Assembly (NCBI RefSeq): GCF_011386835.1
Contig: NC_088805.1
Location: 29,760,001-29,824,000 of the forward strand
Direction of reading: 5' to 3'
From: Chrysemys picta bellii
Lineage: Eukaryota
Length of the DNA: 64,000 nt
The notes below the pieces were generated by a model. That model saw nothing but the letters and a program-made list of their open reading frames with translations. It was not told the origin of the DNA and did no database searches. The number at the start of each line of letters is the position of its first letter. Position 1 is the stretch's first letter. Positions 23,809 through 36,945 of this stretch are shown piece after piece. The position numbers were made by a program, and so were the translations under genes.

Positions 23809-25899
23809 GAAAAGCCTTGCCTGCTGCAAGCCCTTCCTTGGCGCAGCAGAAAAGCCTCTAGGGGCAGCAGCCAGATAGGAAGAGCCTGGGGGGTTGAGAC
23901 TCCACCTCGCAATCCGAATGACAGCAGGCGGTCAGGTTCACCTTCCGTCCTGAGGAGAGCACGGGAGTGTGTCGAAGTCCGAGTGAGACCATGTGCTGCT
24001 TGAGCTCTGCCGCAAAAATGACCAGGCTGGCTATTGGTGTGAGGGGAGGGTTTTACTCCGCGCTTGGTATTGTAAATCAAAGGCCCCTCTAAGGCACCGT
24101 CCCCATGCAGAGAGGCTCTCAATATCCGTCCCTAGCCGCTGACACAGCTGTCCCCTCCAGGTGATCGATGGCTCTCTGGGGCAGGGAGAGGAGCGGCTTG
24201 TGGAGAGCAGGCTCTTTCCACATCAGCCTCTCAGATCCCTCTGTTACGGGATGTAACCCAGGTGGCGGCACCAGGGAGAGTTATTCCAGGCGGATGAAAA
24301 TCACCGTATCGGTATCGTTATTTGTATTACAGTCACATTCTCAAAGGGACTTGAAGTGAATGAGAGCTGGATGCTACCTTTGCTTCTTAATCCCTTCTTC
24401 CCCAAATCCATAGAGGCTCCTAAATAAGTGACCTGGTTCCCATATGTGCTGAGCCCCCACAGCTCCCACTGACAACAAAGGGGCCCCAATATGAGGCTCC
24501 CCGGTCCCAATACTCCGTTGGCCTAATTCAGTTGACTTCAAGGGAATTGCACCCGCAGGGAATTTGATCCTCAAGTTTGAAGTGCTTGGTCAATGAACAC
24601 ACCCACGGAAGTCAGGATCGGTTTATGGACCATCCGAACAGGCTAAAAAGGGCGACGTTCACAACGGTGTAATAATGATTCGGTGCTTGTAAAGCACAAG
24701 TGCACACGTTGGGGCACTTTTTATTTATTTATTTAAGACAATCGTGCTTGTTCTTGTGATCGCCTCGTCTTCAACTTTCCTACCCCGGAATGTACCCAGG
24801 GAGATCTCTCTGTTCCTTGGACAAGCTAGCTGCAGTGTATCCACTCTTCGCTGAAGAACGAACATCCCTACATCTGCTGCTTTCAGTGCAAAGCAAAATG
24901 CCATTTTCCGTGGGTGCTGGAGGTGGATGGAAGCAGCAGCGAGATTTTGTGCAAGTGATAAGATATGCAAAGACTGTGGTTCCAGCTAAGGACAACTCAG
25001 TAAAGTTCCGACCAACTAGATGAGTCTCTTTTTTGGCTTCCTTGACTGAACAGATGTCTACGCACAGCCAGTCGTGGCCATTGGAGGTGGGACTCCAAGC
25101 GTTGGCAAAGCCAGTTCTCGTGTCTGGCCACATGCAAAAAAGACATTGGCCCTGATTCTACACTACATGATCAGCTGCTATATTTCACTGCAGAGGTGGC
25201 TGCATTTCAGTGGGGGACAAAGTGTATTTGCTGCATGGCCTGTAAAGTGCTTTGGGATTCTTTGGGATGAAAGGCACAATCTAGACAAAACTACATTTAC
25301 TATGAATATTGCCATTGTATTTACAACGCTAATGCCACTTAACTACTAACAAAGCCATCAGATGAGAAATAATACATATTTGCTGGATGGCTGTTTTCCA
25401 GCAAGTCAACATGGTCCAAATTCACTTCTGTTCCATTGACATCGATAGAGTTACACCAGGTCTGAATTTGTCCAAATGCATTATTTATCAGGATTATATC
25501 ATAGTAGCTCTGTTATTAACTCTTAGCTTCTGCTATTCCAACTGGGCTGTACTATGCTCATCATGCCCCTCTTAGCCCCTCATTAACTCATTACCCTTGC
25601 ATTTCCCTAATTATTCAGTAGCCTTCCTAATAAGTTGCAGTTCATCTATGTCAAGAGCAGTGTACTAAACATAACGCACATCAGTCACTGGCCCGTTAAA
25701 AATTACTGGAGTAATCCAATATCAGTTGGATTTATCATGAACAAAATTAGTTGACCTTCTGAAACCTGTTCAGCATTGTGGAAATGCCAAGTTATGCTGA
25801 AAATAATTGGAAGCAATGAGCTATTACTATTCTGTGGTTAATGTTATCAGGGCACATTTCCATCAATCTTCCTCCCGTCTTCTCCTCATCCTCCAAAAG

Positions 25900-25946
25900 T
25901 CTTTTAAGAGTTTCTAAGAGGATCTTTTAAGAGGTCTAAGAGGATC
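25900..25946. repeat. Imperfect 23-bp tandem duplication
   Basis: tcttttaagagtttctaagagga followed by tcttttaagagg-tctaagagga. Confidence 0.75.
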
Positions 25947-28900
25947 CGACAACCTTTAACTGTTCAAGTTGAACCCCAAAAAACAAACACAGTCGGTGTT
26001 GTCCCTGGGATGCACTGTGGTTTGGATGGCACCCATGCAGTGGGGTGTGGAGAGTATGGATTTTGGCTTAGGTAGCTGTGATGGTTGCAGACTCCAAGCA
26101 GGAGCTGAAGAATGTTATCCGTCAGGAGCACGGGACGGCTTGGTATTAGCAAGTTCCTTTGCTGCTGCATCTGATACCAAGGTGATGGATTTGGCGTATG
26201 AATCTAGACAGATGAAGAAAGAGAGAATGAAAGGCCCAAATCGTTATAATTGTGCATTGCAACGTGCAGAATTCTTTCCAAGCCAGAGTGAGCCCATAAT
26301 GAAGCTGTTCTATAGGTCTGATCCAATGCCTACTGAAGTCAATAAAAATATGTGCTTGGTGCATGGGAACGATGGGCCAAATCACTATGGAAGTATACAG
26401 GAACACAGGCAAAGAGGTCAGATTATTCTGTTCATAAATGTATCAGGCTCCATCTTCAGACTACTTAGGGTGTGTGCCTCCACTGCTCCCATTGGGGAAA
26501 AATGTATAAAAAGAACTGGGTCCCCTTCTGTGATTTGCCCCCAGTTGGCTCCACATTCTCCGGGCCAGATCCAGGCCATTAACTTCAGCTGAGTTACACT
26601 AATTTGCACCCTCTGAGGCTCTAGTCTGATGGGTCTGTTGTCTGTGACACTATGCTTCAAGCGCCTCAGGAGTGGGGCTAGATTTGGATCAGTTAATTCA
26701 GAGTAACTCCAGTGAAGACAGCACTGGTTTAAAACCAGTCCGAGATCAGACATAGGCTTCTTGACTTGTAATTTGCCCTGTAAATCATCCCGATTATCCC
26801 TGGCAGCCAATAAATACATGAATACTATCATTACTTGGCCAGATTCTCATCTCAGTGTCACAGGAACAAATCCAGAGTAATTCCAAATAGGTTCTAACGA
26901 CCGGCCTGGACTTGGGATGATCTCACCACAGCAGGATTCCCATGTCAAAGCTACAGCTGGGAATCCATAGTTAGGAGGAGGTTGAGTCTAGGCTATAAGC
27001 AAGGTCAAGGGCTCCACTTGAAAGGAGACACTGAACGTAAATGGTATTTGTCTGTGTGTCTTTGAATCCCAGTGCTTGTGGCCACATCCCTGCTGATGGA
27101 CAACTAGGGCCCCTGCTCACCTGAAGCTAACAGGTTTGCTCTAGGTCTAGGCCCAAGACGGGGCTCTGACGCCGTTGCCGTGAAATAAGGGGTAACTAAA
27201 CAAATCCAGAGATAAAAGGGACTTGACCCCTGTAGGATTCAGGAACGTGTTTTAAAGAAACCATTTGACTTCTGCACATTCAAGAGCAAATCGGAGATAC
27301 GTTCAGAGTTGTGTGCCTCGGGCGACTCCTGTCCTAATCAGTAAACTGCACATCGCCCGTCAAAACAGATTAATAAACGTTACATTAACAGATTACCAAA
27401 TAGCTGACTACCCACCCAGCACTTGGGAAATTGCTTTTTTCTTCCTTTAAAAAAAAAAATCGGCCCAAGAAATGACTGTAGGTTCAGTTCGCTGAACAAA
27501 CATGTCACGTGACTCTCATCTGCAATGTAGCTTTTCAGCAGAGCATGTATTTTGTCTCTGATTAGAAAAGAAAAGTCGAAGGCAATGAGAATTATGTCGG
27601 CCACACTTATTAGTGGTGATACAATACCCCAGACAAAGCTTCTAGCATGGGTACCTGCCTGCTTTAATTTTGACTGGCTCGGGTAACTGGTGCACAATGT
27701 ATTACCTGAGTACCAGAGCTTCCCTAGTCTTCAACAATATTCTCATTCATAATTAGAGCTGGCTGAATAGTGCAGTATATTTTCCCTGACTATTCCTCTG
27801 AATGTTTAAATGAATCCACCCCAGCCCCGTTCGCCCTGTTCTGCGTACTCTTTCCCAGTCCCACTAACAACGGAGAGACCGAGTTTTGCAGGCATGAATG
27901 CGTGCGGGAAACAGGTGTCAAGTTTCCATGCGTGGCTGTTCCTGGAAACCTAATTTCTCAGGTGTGCATGTTAGCACACAGCTCATCCAATCAGGGAACA
28001 GAAAAAATACACCTGTCACAACCAAGAAGCATCCAATCAGGGACCATAAGCAATATATGTGACTTGACTTATCTGACCAATCATGACTAGCCAACATGAC
28101 TAGCTTATAGGGTGCATATTGAATACCATCAGAAGCCTGTTCATAATCAATCCACAGAGTTTTCAAAATGTTAGATCATTTCCAATAATGAATATGTTTA
28201 AGGCAATTCTTATTTGCTTGCAGATCACTTTGAAAAAGGCTAAATTTGTCTAATAAACCATTTCTTATGAATTATGTATTCAACTCTATCCCCACCTACT
28301 GACACGTTCCACAAGTACTGTTCTTTGTCCTAGAACAATCTTAACTCTGCCCTGTACTGACCCAATGCAGTAACCACACAGTGATGATAAAGGCATTTTA
28401 GTATATGTGGTTCCAGATTTTTAAAGGCACACTAGATTTTTTTTCATGCTGTTTCTCCCCACATGGCCTCATTATGGGGCAGAGTTAAGGTTGTTTGGGT
28501 GCTTTAACTGGGTTTTCCTTACATGCTTGGATTTCTTGCACTCTAAATGTCCTGAGTTTGTAATACTTCGTTTTGAGACTATTTCAACATCCTTGGCACA
28601 TGTTCACGCTGACTTTACGGATACATACTTTTAACCTTTTCACACTATCTTAATCTCATCTTTGTCTGGGGATAGAAAAAAAATACTTTAGTGCTGTACG
28701 GTCATGACTCAGACCACTATGGTAACAACATCACAAGCTGTAGGGTCCATTCTTGTAGGATACTGTGTCTTTTAAATATAAAAAATGTTGGGGGTGAGAA
28801 CCCTTCTTTGAAAAGCTTTCTAAGGCATGTTTGAATTGCAACCTGCGGTGTAACTCACCTTAGAGACACGCAGGACCAGATGCTGACCTGCGGTCAAGGA

Positions 28901-29087
28901 GAAATAGCTGCATCTCAGGAACAGAGCAGAAAGGTTACTTTAAGGCACCTGCACGATCCCCTGATACTGGGGCCTTCCTGGCATCGCCATAGCAGTTCTG
29001 ATGCAAGTGCGATTTTGCAGATATCACTCCATCACCTAGGCTGGCCTGATTCTGATCCTACTGGCAATTTACATGATTGAGTGCAAG

Positions 29088-29295
29088 ATTTGTAGATTTC
29101 CAAGGCCAGAAGGGACCGTTGTGATCATCCCATCTGATCTTCTGTGTAACACAGACCAGAGAACTGCCCAAAATAATTCCCAGAGTAGATCTTTTAGAAG
29201 AACATCCAGTCTTGATTTAAAAATGGCCAGTGATGGAGAATCCACCACGACCCTTGGTAAATTGTTCCAATGGTTCATTACTCTCACCGTTAAAA
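29088..29295 (-). mobile_element. CR1 LINE 3' fragment
   Basis: The minus-strand ORF reads RVMNHWNNLPRVVVDSPSLAIFKSRLDVLLKD, the CR1 ORF2 C-terminal signature; the 3' end lies near 29088. Confidence 0.88.
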
Positions 29296-30493
29296 CTGTC
29301 TGCCGTATTGCAGCCTATTTTCTCCCCTATATCATGCTTTGGACATGAAATGTGGTTTTCTATCTACACCATCTCAGGACCTCCACCTCCATTAAAGTGA
29401 CAGACAAATTTACATTTTGGCCATTAAAACTTTTTGTTCCTTTCAAATAAAGGTTTCTCTTTCAACTTAATTTAAAATATGTGAATCCATCCGTTATTAT
29501 TAGACAAAGATCTGGGACAATTGGTACATTTCCATGAAATATATTGATTCGCCAGCCTTGGGAAAGTAAAGGTTTTGTGAAATACATCAATAAAATAAAA
29601 AGAGAGAGCTAAAAGATCATTTCTTTGAAGTAAGTGTTTGCAGGTGCCAAGTCTCTTACAGATTTCCCCACAGCCAGTTCAGGCCTAATAGAAGATTGAC
29701 TCTATCACTTCTACAGCGACTCAAAGCAATGCTTTCCCCAAGCAGTTTTCAACCGTTCCAACAATACCGGAAGCAGGAGATGCTCCCCGAATGCAGTCTG
29801 TATCCAGACGGAATTTAGTGTTCATTACACCCAGGGCCCTGTCTATGTGCGTGGGAGCACGGCTGTTCATCTCAGAAGGCAGAGGTCATGCTGTGATAGT
29901 GCCGTCCTATTTCACTCTGCCTTTCGACAGGAGAGATGGCGTAGCGACAGAAAATACACTTCTGGCAGATCGTTGAGGATACACCAATCTATGACCCAGC
30001 TCTAGCAACTCTATGTGAGCTCCCTGAGTCTGCAATGACTGTGTTAGGGAACTGCGTATTGTCCCATCCGCCATTTCAAGCAGCTTTCCCCATGACACGC
30101 TGCCGTGAACAAGCGGCTCACACTGAGATGCTCGGAGTTGGCGGAATGCAGCATTGGGTCTGCAATGAAACTGTATCGTGATGGGTTCAGCATGCAGCAC
30201 TCATGGCTGCCAGACAGACGAGGCGAAGGCACCAAGGTCTCTGCTGAGCTTCAAACCAAATGGTAATTGTCCCAGTGCTGCAGCCTCATTTTCTGCCTGT
30301 TAAAATTAGCTCAGTGTCGGTTTTGTCCCTGCTTTGCAGACTTTCCCCCCAACTTACTGGTATTGTAACTATAATTTCCTATGGACGGAACCGAAATTAA
30401 CTCCCGCTCAGTTCTTCAGCTGCATAAAAATGCATGACAGAAAGAAAGACACATGGCATGCTAGCTGCCTTATTGTTTTTTAAAAGATAGTAT

Positions 30494-30563
30494 GTTCTGG
30501 GTGACTTCCTGGCTCAGCGGATCTGTACGTTCTGGGTGACTTCCTGGCTCCGTGGATCTGTAT
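30494..30563. repeat. 35-bp tandem duplication covering the LF-SINE 5' end
   Basis: gttctgggtgacttcctggctcagcggatctgtac / gttctgggtgacttcctggctccgtggatctgtat, 3 mismatches. Confidence 0.92.
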
Positions 30564-30914
30564 TGGCATAAGAAGTCTAACTTCCACATTGCAGGTTTGA
30601 ATGTGACCGTGGTCTGTAATGATCAGAAGCTATTATCCAGTCTGTTTTCTGACCCAGGGGAAAGGAGTTGTATTATGTCCATTAAGTTCCTTATAGGCAG
30701 ATGACCACAAAAATTACCCCCTCATTTGGTACAAAATAGGCCCACAGAGAAGTCAAGGACTTGAATGGGCCATTCAGACTGAAATCCACCCTTTCCCCAG
30801 GGCCAGGAATCAGTATATTAGGAGGACAGCACGGGGAAAAGCTTGCTTTGTTGATGTACCTTTTTGGTGAATAAACAGAGGACTTCAGTCTGACAACCCG
30901 GTCCCTTTCTCCAC
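30499..30914 (+). mobile_element. LF-SINE (ancient lobe-finned/tetrapod SINE), near full length
   Basis: A-box TGGCTCAGCGG (30510-30520), degenerate B-box GGTTTGAATGT (30594-30604), internal cagagaagtcaaggacttgaatgggccattcagactgaa and terminal ataaacagaggacttcagtct...acaacccggtccctttc, all matching the recalled LF-SINE consensus in order. Confidence 0.72.
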
Positions 30915-32267
30915 ACCGACATGCACCAGACAAAGGAGAAAGCTATCCCTTGTGCACTTTTATAGTGGGATGAGGTTTGTGTTGACCTCACTGCCAAATA
31001 AAATACATCTGTAGGCACATCTTTCTATTTTTGCCAATAGCAGCTGCTTGCACTGTTATTTGATTCATGAACAGGTTTCAAATGCAAATCAACAACTCTC
31101 TAGAGGAAAGAAAAGGGAAACACAAAAAGCGTGGGTAACTGTGAGAGGTGCTGGCCTCTCCCATTGAAAGGTAGCATGGAGAGATTTCATGGACTCAGAC
31201 AAAGGACATCTGCTGAGAACCTGAAAGCCCCTTCTAGCCTGGCCTGACGTTAAAGAGCAGTACATTCAAAACAAGCAGAAACAGGTTTCAATAGACAGCA
31301 GGTAGTCAGTGTGTGGACTTCCCGGCGAAGGAGTTCGTCAAAGCTGGTCTGGTTAATTTCAAGACCACCCTTAACATTTTCAGCTCCTGCGTGCAGCCAT
31401 GATTGTGTGTTTGATCCCTGGCACACTTCACAGCAGATGGGGTGTGGAAGCCAGGATGCAATTCGCCCGCCCTTGCCTCCCCCCCCCAAACAACAACCAA
31501 ACACAGCACTGAACATCGTCAGATACACTTTCTTTTTTTGCTGTCCTCTGGATATTGGCCATTACTGAGGCAAGACTACATGCACATATGGTATCTCTTC
31601 TGCTCCTGTATTAAAGGCCTTCTTGACAAATACTGCCCTATAGATCTTAGTGAAGAATCGAGAAGCAGAACAGAAAGGACTTCAGTTTAATCCCTTTGGT
31701 AGGGGAAAGAAAACCTCCTCGGTGTAAGGCTCCCACATCTTGTCTGCTATCTGTATTGATTCTTCTTCTGCTTTAAGTCCCTCTCCTAGACGGCTTGCAG
31801 CTCTCTGCACCATCGTGTCTGAGGCACGTTATACTCAGAGCATATATTTAAAAAGCAAACAAACAAACAGGATGTTTTGCTGAACAGCTCGACTTAAAAG
31901 AGAAAGCAACGGCGCTGCAGGTGCAGTGTGCAGATGTTCTCCGAGCTGTATTGCCTCTCGCCGCTCTCCCATGTGTACTTGAGCCACATTAAGCTCCTTC
32001 CGACTCCATTATTCCTTCGCCAGTTGCCTAGTCAGTGTGGGGAATGATTGACATTTGTCAGGAGTCTGATGGTGGCCCAGACATCAGGCACTACGTTATA
32101 TGCTAGTTTGCATGCCGAGCAGTCTGGCTTTTCACTGAAGCACCTGCACGGATGCTGCCTGTGAGCTACCCAGGCGTCTACACGCTGGGCCTCCTCCAAA
32201 GTCGGCCATGTTTTATTGTCCGGCGTGACCAGCGCTGACAGATTATCACTTTTCCTGTGGGGGGCAG

Positions 32268-32492
32268 CGTGGTCCAGTGGAGGGGCACTGGGCTGGAAGT
32301 CAGGACACCTGTCTTCTGTTCCTTGCTCGGATGCATGGCCCTTGGGCAAATGGCTTCACTTCGCTTTCCCCTCCTGTTCTTTGTCTGTGTCTTGTCTCTT
32401 CAGATGTAAGCTCTTCGGGGCAGCGACTCCCTCGCATGATATGTAAGCACGGAGCTCAGTTGAGCCCTCTAGATGTTACTATCATACAAATT
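32268..32492 (+). mobile_element. tRNA/CORE SINE with L2-type tail
   Basis: gtggtccagtgg...gcactgggctggaagtcaggacacctg head, ccttgggcaaatggcttcac core, cagatgtaagctcttcggggcag tail. Confidence 0.6.
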
Positions 32493-35400
32493 CCTCCTCC
32501 TCCTTGTTTCCAACTTGGAGACAGCTCTGCTTGTGGGGAGCAGAGTTTCTGAGGGGGGGTTCTCCAAGGGTCCCAAGGGAGTTAGGCACCAGCTCAAGAA
32601 CTCAACAGGAGTTGGGCGTCTCATGCCTTTAGGCCCCTTTGCAGAATCCAGCTTTATTTCCTAAAGGATATGGCAGCTGGCAACCCACTTAATGGCCGGA
32701 TTGTCATACTCTACCCACCTTCCCTGTGGAATCCAGAGCTCCCCCGTGTTTGTGACGGCCACTAGCTCATGCTCTCGTTCCTCCCTCCCTTTCCATGGTG
32801 CTACATAAAGCTACGCCGTGGGCTTCTCTTTGGTGATTAATGCAGCAGATATGCAACCCCGAGAGAGACACCCAGACCTTCGGCAGCCTCATTATTTGGA
32901 ATCTATGAGGTGTGCAGGCAAGTGTAATGGTCCCCACAATGCATTATTCATGACCCATATAAATCCTGAGCTGGAAGTACCAACCTTTACACAGATGGAA
33001 GAGTAACTAGGACTTCTTGATTAAATGCTGCAAGCCTGTGGGCTTGATCAAATGCCCCTCCACTTCCACTGAAGCATGCCCGTGTTTGTAAGGATAGATG
33101 TGACAATACCCAGCCACCTTCACAAATGTGCTGTGTGCCACGTAGCTTTTCATAAAAGGTGTCTAGTGCCTGGGACAGAAACTGTCTTCCTTTGATGACG
33201 CCTACAGTGACTTAACGAAATACACTTGCACACAGGATTCCATGTGCAGAGTTGGCTGTAAAAAATAATTGTGAACCAAACCCCTGGCTGTAGAATGAGA
33301 GGTTGGAATAACATCCCTTTGGAAACTTGTCCCCTTGTTCACACTAGGGATAGTGCCCTGCCCAACTGGAACATGTTGCCTTTGTACAATATCATCCAGG
33401 CCCCAGTCCTGCATAACTTTACTCAGATGAGTAGCCTATTGGCTTCATTCATGAGTAAAGTTCTTCATATGAATCCGGGTTTGCAGGATGATGCACAAGA
33501 TACATAAAGTATCTAATGCTTTTCTGCTCATCATAACTTAAAACCAATGTAAACATTTAATTAAAGTCTTGGAGGGGGGAAATATTTGCTCACGAACAAT
33601 GGCTTGTAGCCGGGAGCAAATTTCCTTTGTTGGGCTTGACCAACCTGACATTCCTTTAAGAGCATCATAAGCCCTGGATTGTCACTGCATGATGCAGCGA
33701 GAACAGGATGTGCATGTTGCTGCTAGCACAGAGATTACTCTGCCTACTGCAGATTTGCTCCTGCTCTCCTTTCTCTCTCCCTGGCCCCGTGTGTCTCCCA
33801 CTTCCTTTTGCATTGTCCAACAGTTCTGACCTTTCCTATCTGCCTGGTCCAGCTGCCTCCAGCTTCTCCACCTGCCCAAGCCACTTCTTGCCTTTAGAAC
33901 AAAGAAAAGCAAATACATCTCCAGCCACAGGAGGTCAGAGACAAATGCTGTGGCTGTATTTTAAGAAGGCCTAGGTAACTTTATGTCCATTGCTAGCATT
34001 TGTCCTTGTGCATGCTAGGCTAGGGGGAATCAGACCTCACACTTCAGGATATATCTTGTTGCCTAGAGATTGTTGTAGGGATGCATGAGAACAGAAAGCC
34101 CCACCTAACAGAATTCCGGGCCTGACTTCCTTACACTTTAGAAACTCCTGGGCTCCAGGCCCCGTTTCTGAAGAGCTCCATGTTGCAGAGTGAAAGACGG
34201 AGTGGGCTTCCTTCCTTGTGCATTAAGCCCTCGAGCATCTCTGTGATTCTCTACGGCGTGCAAGATGGAGCGCCAAGCACGTTGCCTTTCCCTGTTCCCT
34301 CCCCAAGCCCCGTGTAAAACACACACGTTTGTATCCTGGAACAAACGTCTGGAGAGTGTCCACAGCTGCTTCTACCAAGGCGCAAACGGCCCTGAGCTAA
34401 GCGGCAATCCGTTAACTCAAGGTAAAAAAGACTAGGAAGCAAATGCCCCCTTACAGGAAACGTCACCCAGCAATCAGGTTAATTTCACCCTTTTGCCCAG
34501 CGCACAACGTCCTCCTCGAGAGGCTGAGCCAGCAGATCTGGTGACAATCAAACGCACCAATAAAAATAAAAAGCAAAGACCGAGAGGTGCCTCAGTTTCT
34601 CCTCGCAATGTATTGCCAGCTCAGCCCTTGATGTGGAAGCTGCTTCCGACAGTCGGGGCCAGATCCTCGGTTGATGTAGCTCAGCACAGCTGCACGAACG
34701 TCAATAGGCCGGTGCTGATTTATATCCTTGTTCAGAATCTGACCTTTCTTCAGTATTTTAAAATTCATTTGATTCACCACCATTCTATCCTCTTGTCCCG
34801 TTTTTCTTCTTCCAAGCCCTTCTGGTAAGAGCATTTTTTCTACTAGTGAGACTTCCGTTCTAAAGTTAGCCGTGGTTTATGCATAAACTTATGAAAAAAT
34901 ATGATGACTTTGCTGTAATTTTAAGAATTGCTGCTTTTCCATCAGGGAAATCATGTAGTTTTTACATGCACATCGAAAACCAATGGACGGATCTTTTTGT
35001 AGGTGCAAGATTTAAGTTGCACAGCGCAGCATTTGAAACCAACAGGCAGGGCCAAATCCCGAAGACCCGAGTGGGTTTTTACTCAGTCCTTGCTGAGGCA
35101 AAGACTTCGTTTGACTTTGATGGGGTAAAACCTGGGTTTAATGCCAAGCCTGCTGCCATCAGTGGGGGGGAGTTGGTGGGGGGAGGTCTTTCGTTGTTAG
35201 CACTGATGACTTTGTTCCAAAGACGTCTTTGCCCAAGCATGTGTGACGGCTGCCATCTTAGCTGACAGGCCGGGAATTGAACTGGCAACCTCCAGTGCTA
35301 AAAGCCTGAGCTAAAAAAGCCAGGCTTGTTGCAGCCATTGGGGCTGTAACGATGCATTTCTTCTGCCGAGCGGCACGGTGGGGGTCCTTTGACACATGCT

Positions 35401-36534
35401 CACCAGAGGGTTACACCTGCACTCTGTGATTTATCTGCTGTAGCTCTGTGGTGCTGATGGGACTTGTGCACAGTAGGTGGGGGACCCGCCCCAGCCTCAC
35501 CATCTGATTCCAAGTATTCGCTGTGCCTGCTGGCACTAATTTCCTAAGCATCTCTGCCGGGTTGTCTCGGCTCTCTCACTTGAAGTGCTAGGTATTCTGC
35601 CTCACTCTGGGATGCGGAGAATCAACTGACTGGTGCTAAACATGATGGATTGAGCCATCTTCCTGGCCTTGGCTGCTGTATTTTTTTTTTTAATGTAAGG
35701 CAAGTCCTTGAAAGGACTGTGCTAATTATATACTATATAGCTTATGGTTTGTATGAATTAGCCCTGAAACAACTGTTCACTCTGCAAATACAAGGAGCCT
35801 TTGCTCGGAATGACCTGGGATATTGTTAGCTGATAGGTAAAAAGAGAATTCGTCCCCTGATAGATAGTGCTATCAGGCTGCTAGAGAGAGTAAAGAGCGG
35901 GGAGCAGTAACGATAAGGTGAGCCAAAACACCCACAATTAGCTCGAGCCTGCAGCTACTGGAAGTGCCCTCTTCAGGCAAAGGGCTTGCCCTAGACTCTC
36001 CAAAATTCACACTTACTGTTCAGAGCCAGAATTGAATCCCGTAGCCACAGGCTTGCCCATAGAAATGGGTGAAAATGGGGGGAAACAGAGGAGAGAGAAT
36101 GCAAATACTGGAAAGTGTCCTGCTCTACCTGTATAGCTGTGGCATGATCTGCGAACCCACAAGGAAGAGACAGCACCTGGCTATGTGCCCCATGCCGAAC
36201 CTTGGGATACAGGACCTGTCTTCACACCCATCCTCCCGTTGTGCCTGAAATAAGGAACCAAAGCTCAATTGTGTGTAGCCCTTTGGCCCCTTCACACCAT
36301 TCCGGCAGCATTAATCCAAAGGGGCTTTCCATTGGGAAATACCTGAGCGTAGGGCTTGCTCAGGTTGTGTCCAATTTACATAGCCAGCCTGACATTGTCC
36401 TCCTCTTTACCCTCTGCCCAAGGGGCTATCGCTGGAGCACTTCTCTGCTTTGACTAGTCTCAGCTGCTGCAAGGTATTTTCTACTGGCCGGCTCTCAGAC
36501 ACTACAGAGGTGAATGCAGTACAAGAACCTCTAT

Positions 36535-36945
36535 AGATTCCATTTAAATATAATTTCAAAGTATAATATTGATGTTTATTTGTAAGGCTTTTTTATCCAT
36601 TTAAATATTAACAGTTGCACATACAATTTTGATCTATTTAAATTTTCACGGGAAATTGGGGGTGGGTCAGACAATAATTATTTAATGACAACAGACATGG
36701 AAATTGAAAAAGTTAAAGCTGTAGAACAATTAAAACACAAATTGTCAACATCCCCTGTCAAAATATACCAAGTAAAAGTCCTTAAATCAAACTCAAAAGT
36801 TCTCAAGCAGCATTTTTTTTTTTACTTTGCCTCTCTGTAAATGTCGATGATTATCAATGGAGATATTTTGCATCGGTTTGCGTGTGCTTGGTAAAATCAG
36901 CGTTGACTGACATTGACCAATAAAAATTGAATCCTTCCAAGCTTA
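36535..36945. mobile_element. AT-rich turtle interspersed repeat, putative non-autonomous DNA transposon
   Basis: Abrupt AT-rich block ending aaaaattgaatccttccaagctta, resembling a recalled turtle repeat with TAGGCTTGG termini; left end not resolved. Confidence 0.5.

Noticed and set aside
25969-26592. 207-aa plus-strand ORF in the 23-kb intron
   Set aside because: Starts at TTG, no recognisable motif, no exon-like boundaries in phase with WSCD2.
35895-35990. Possible old Penelope terminus (...gtgccctcttcaggcaaaggg)
   Set aside because: Similarity too weak to call by eye.
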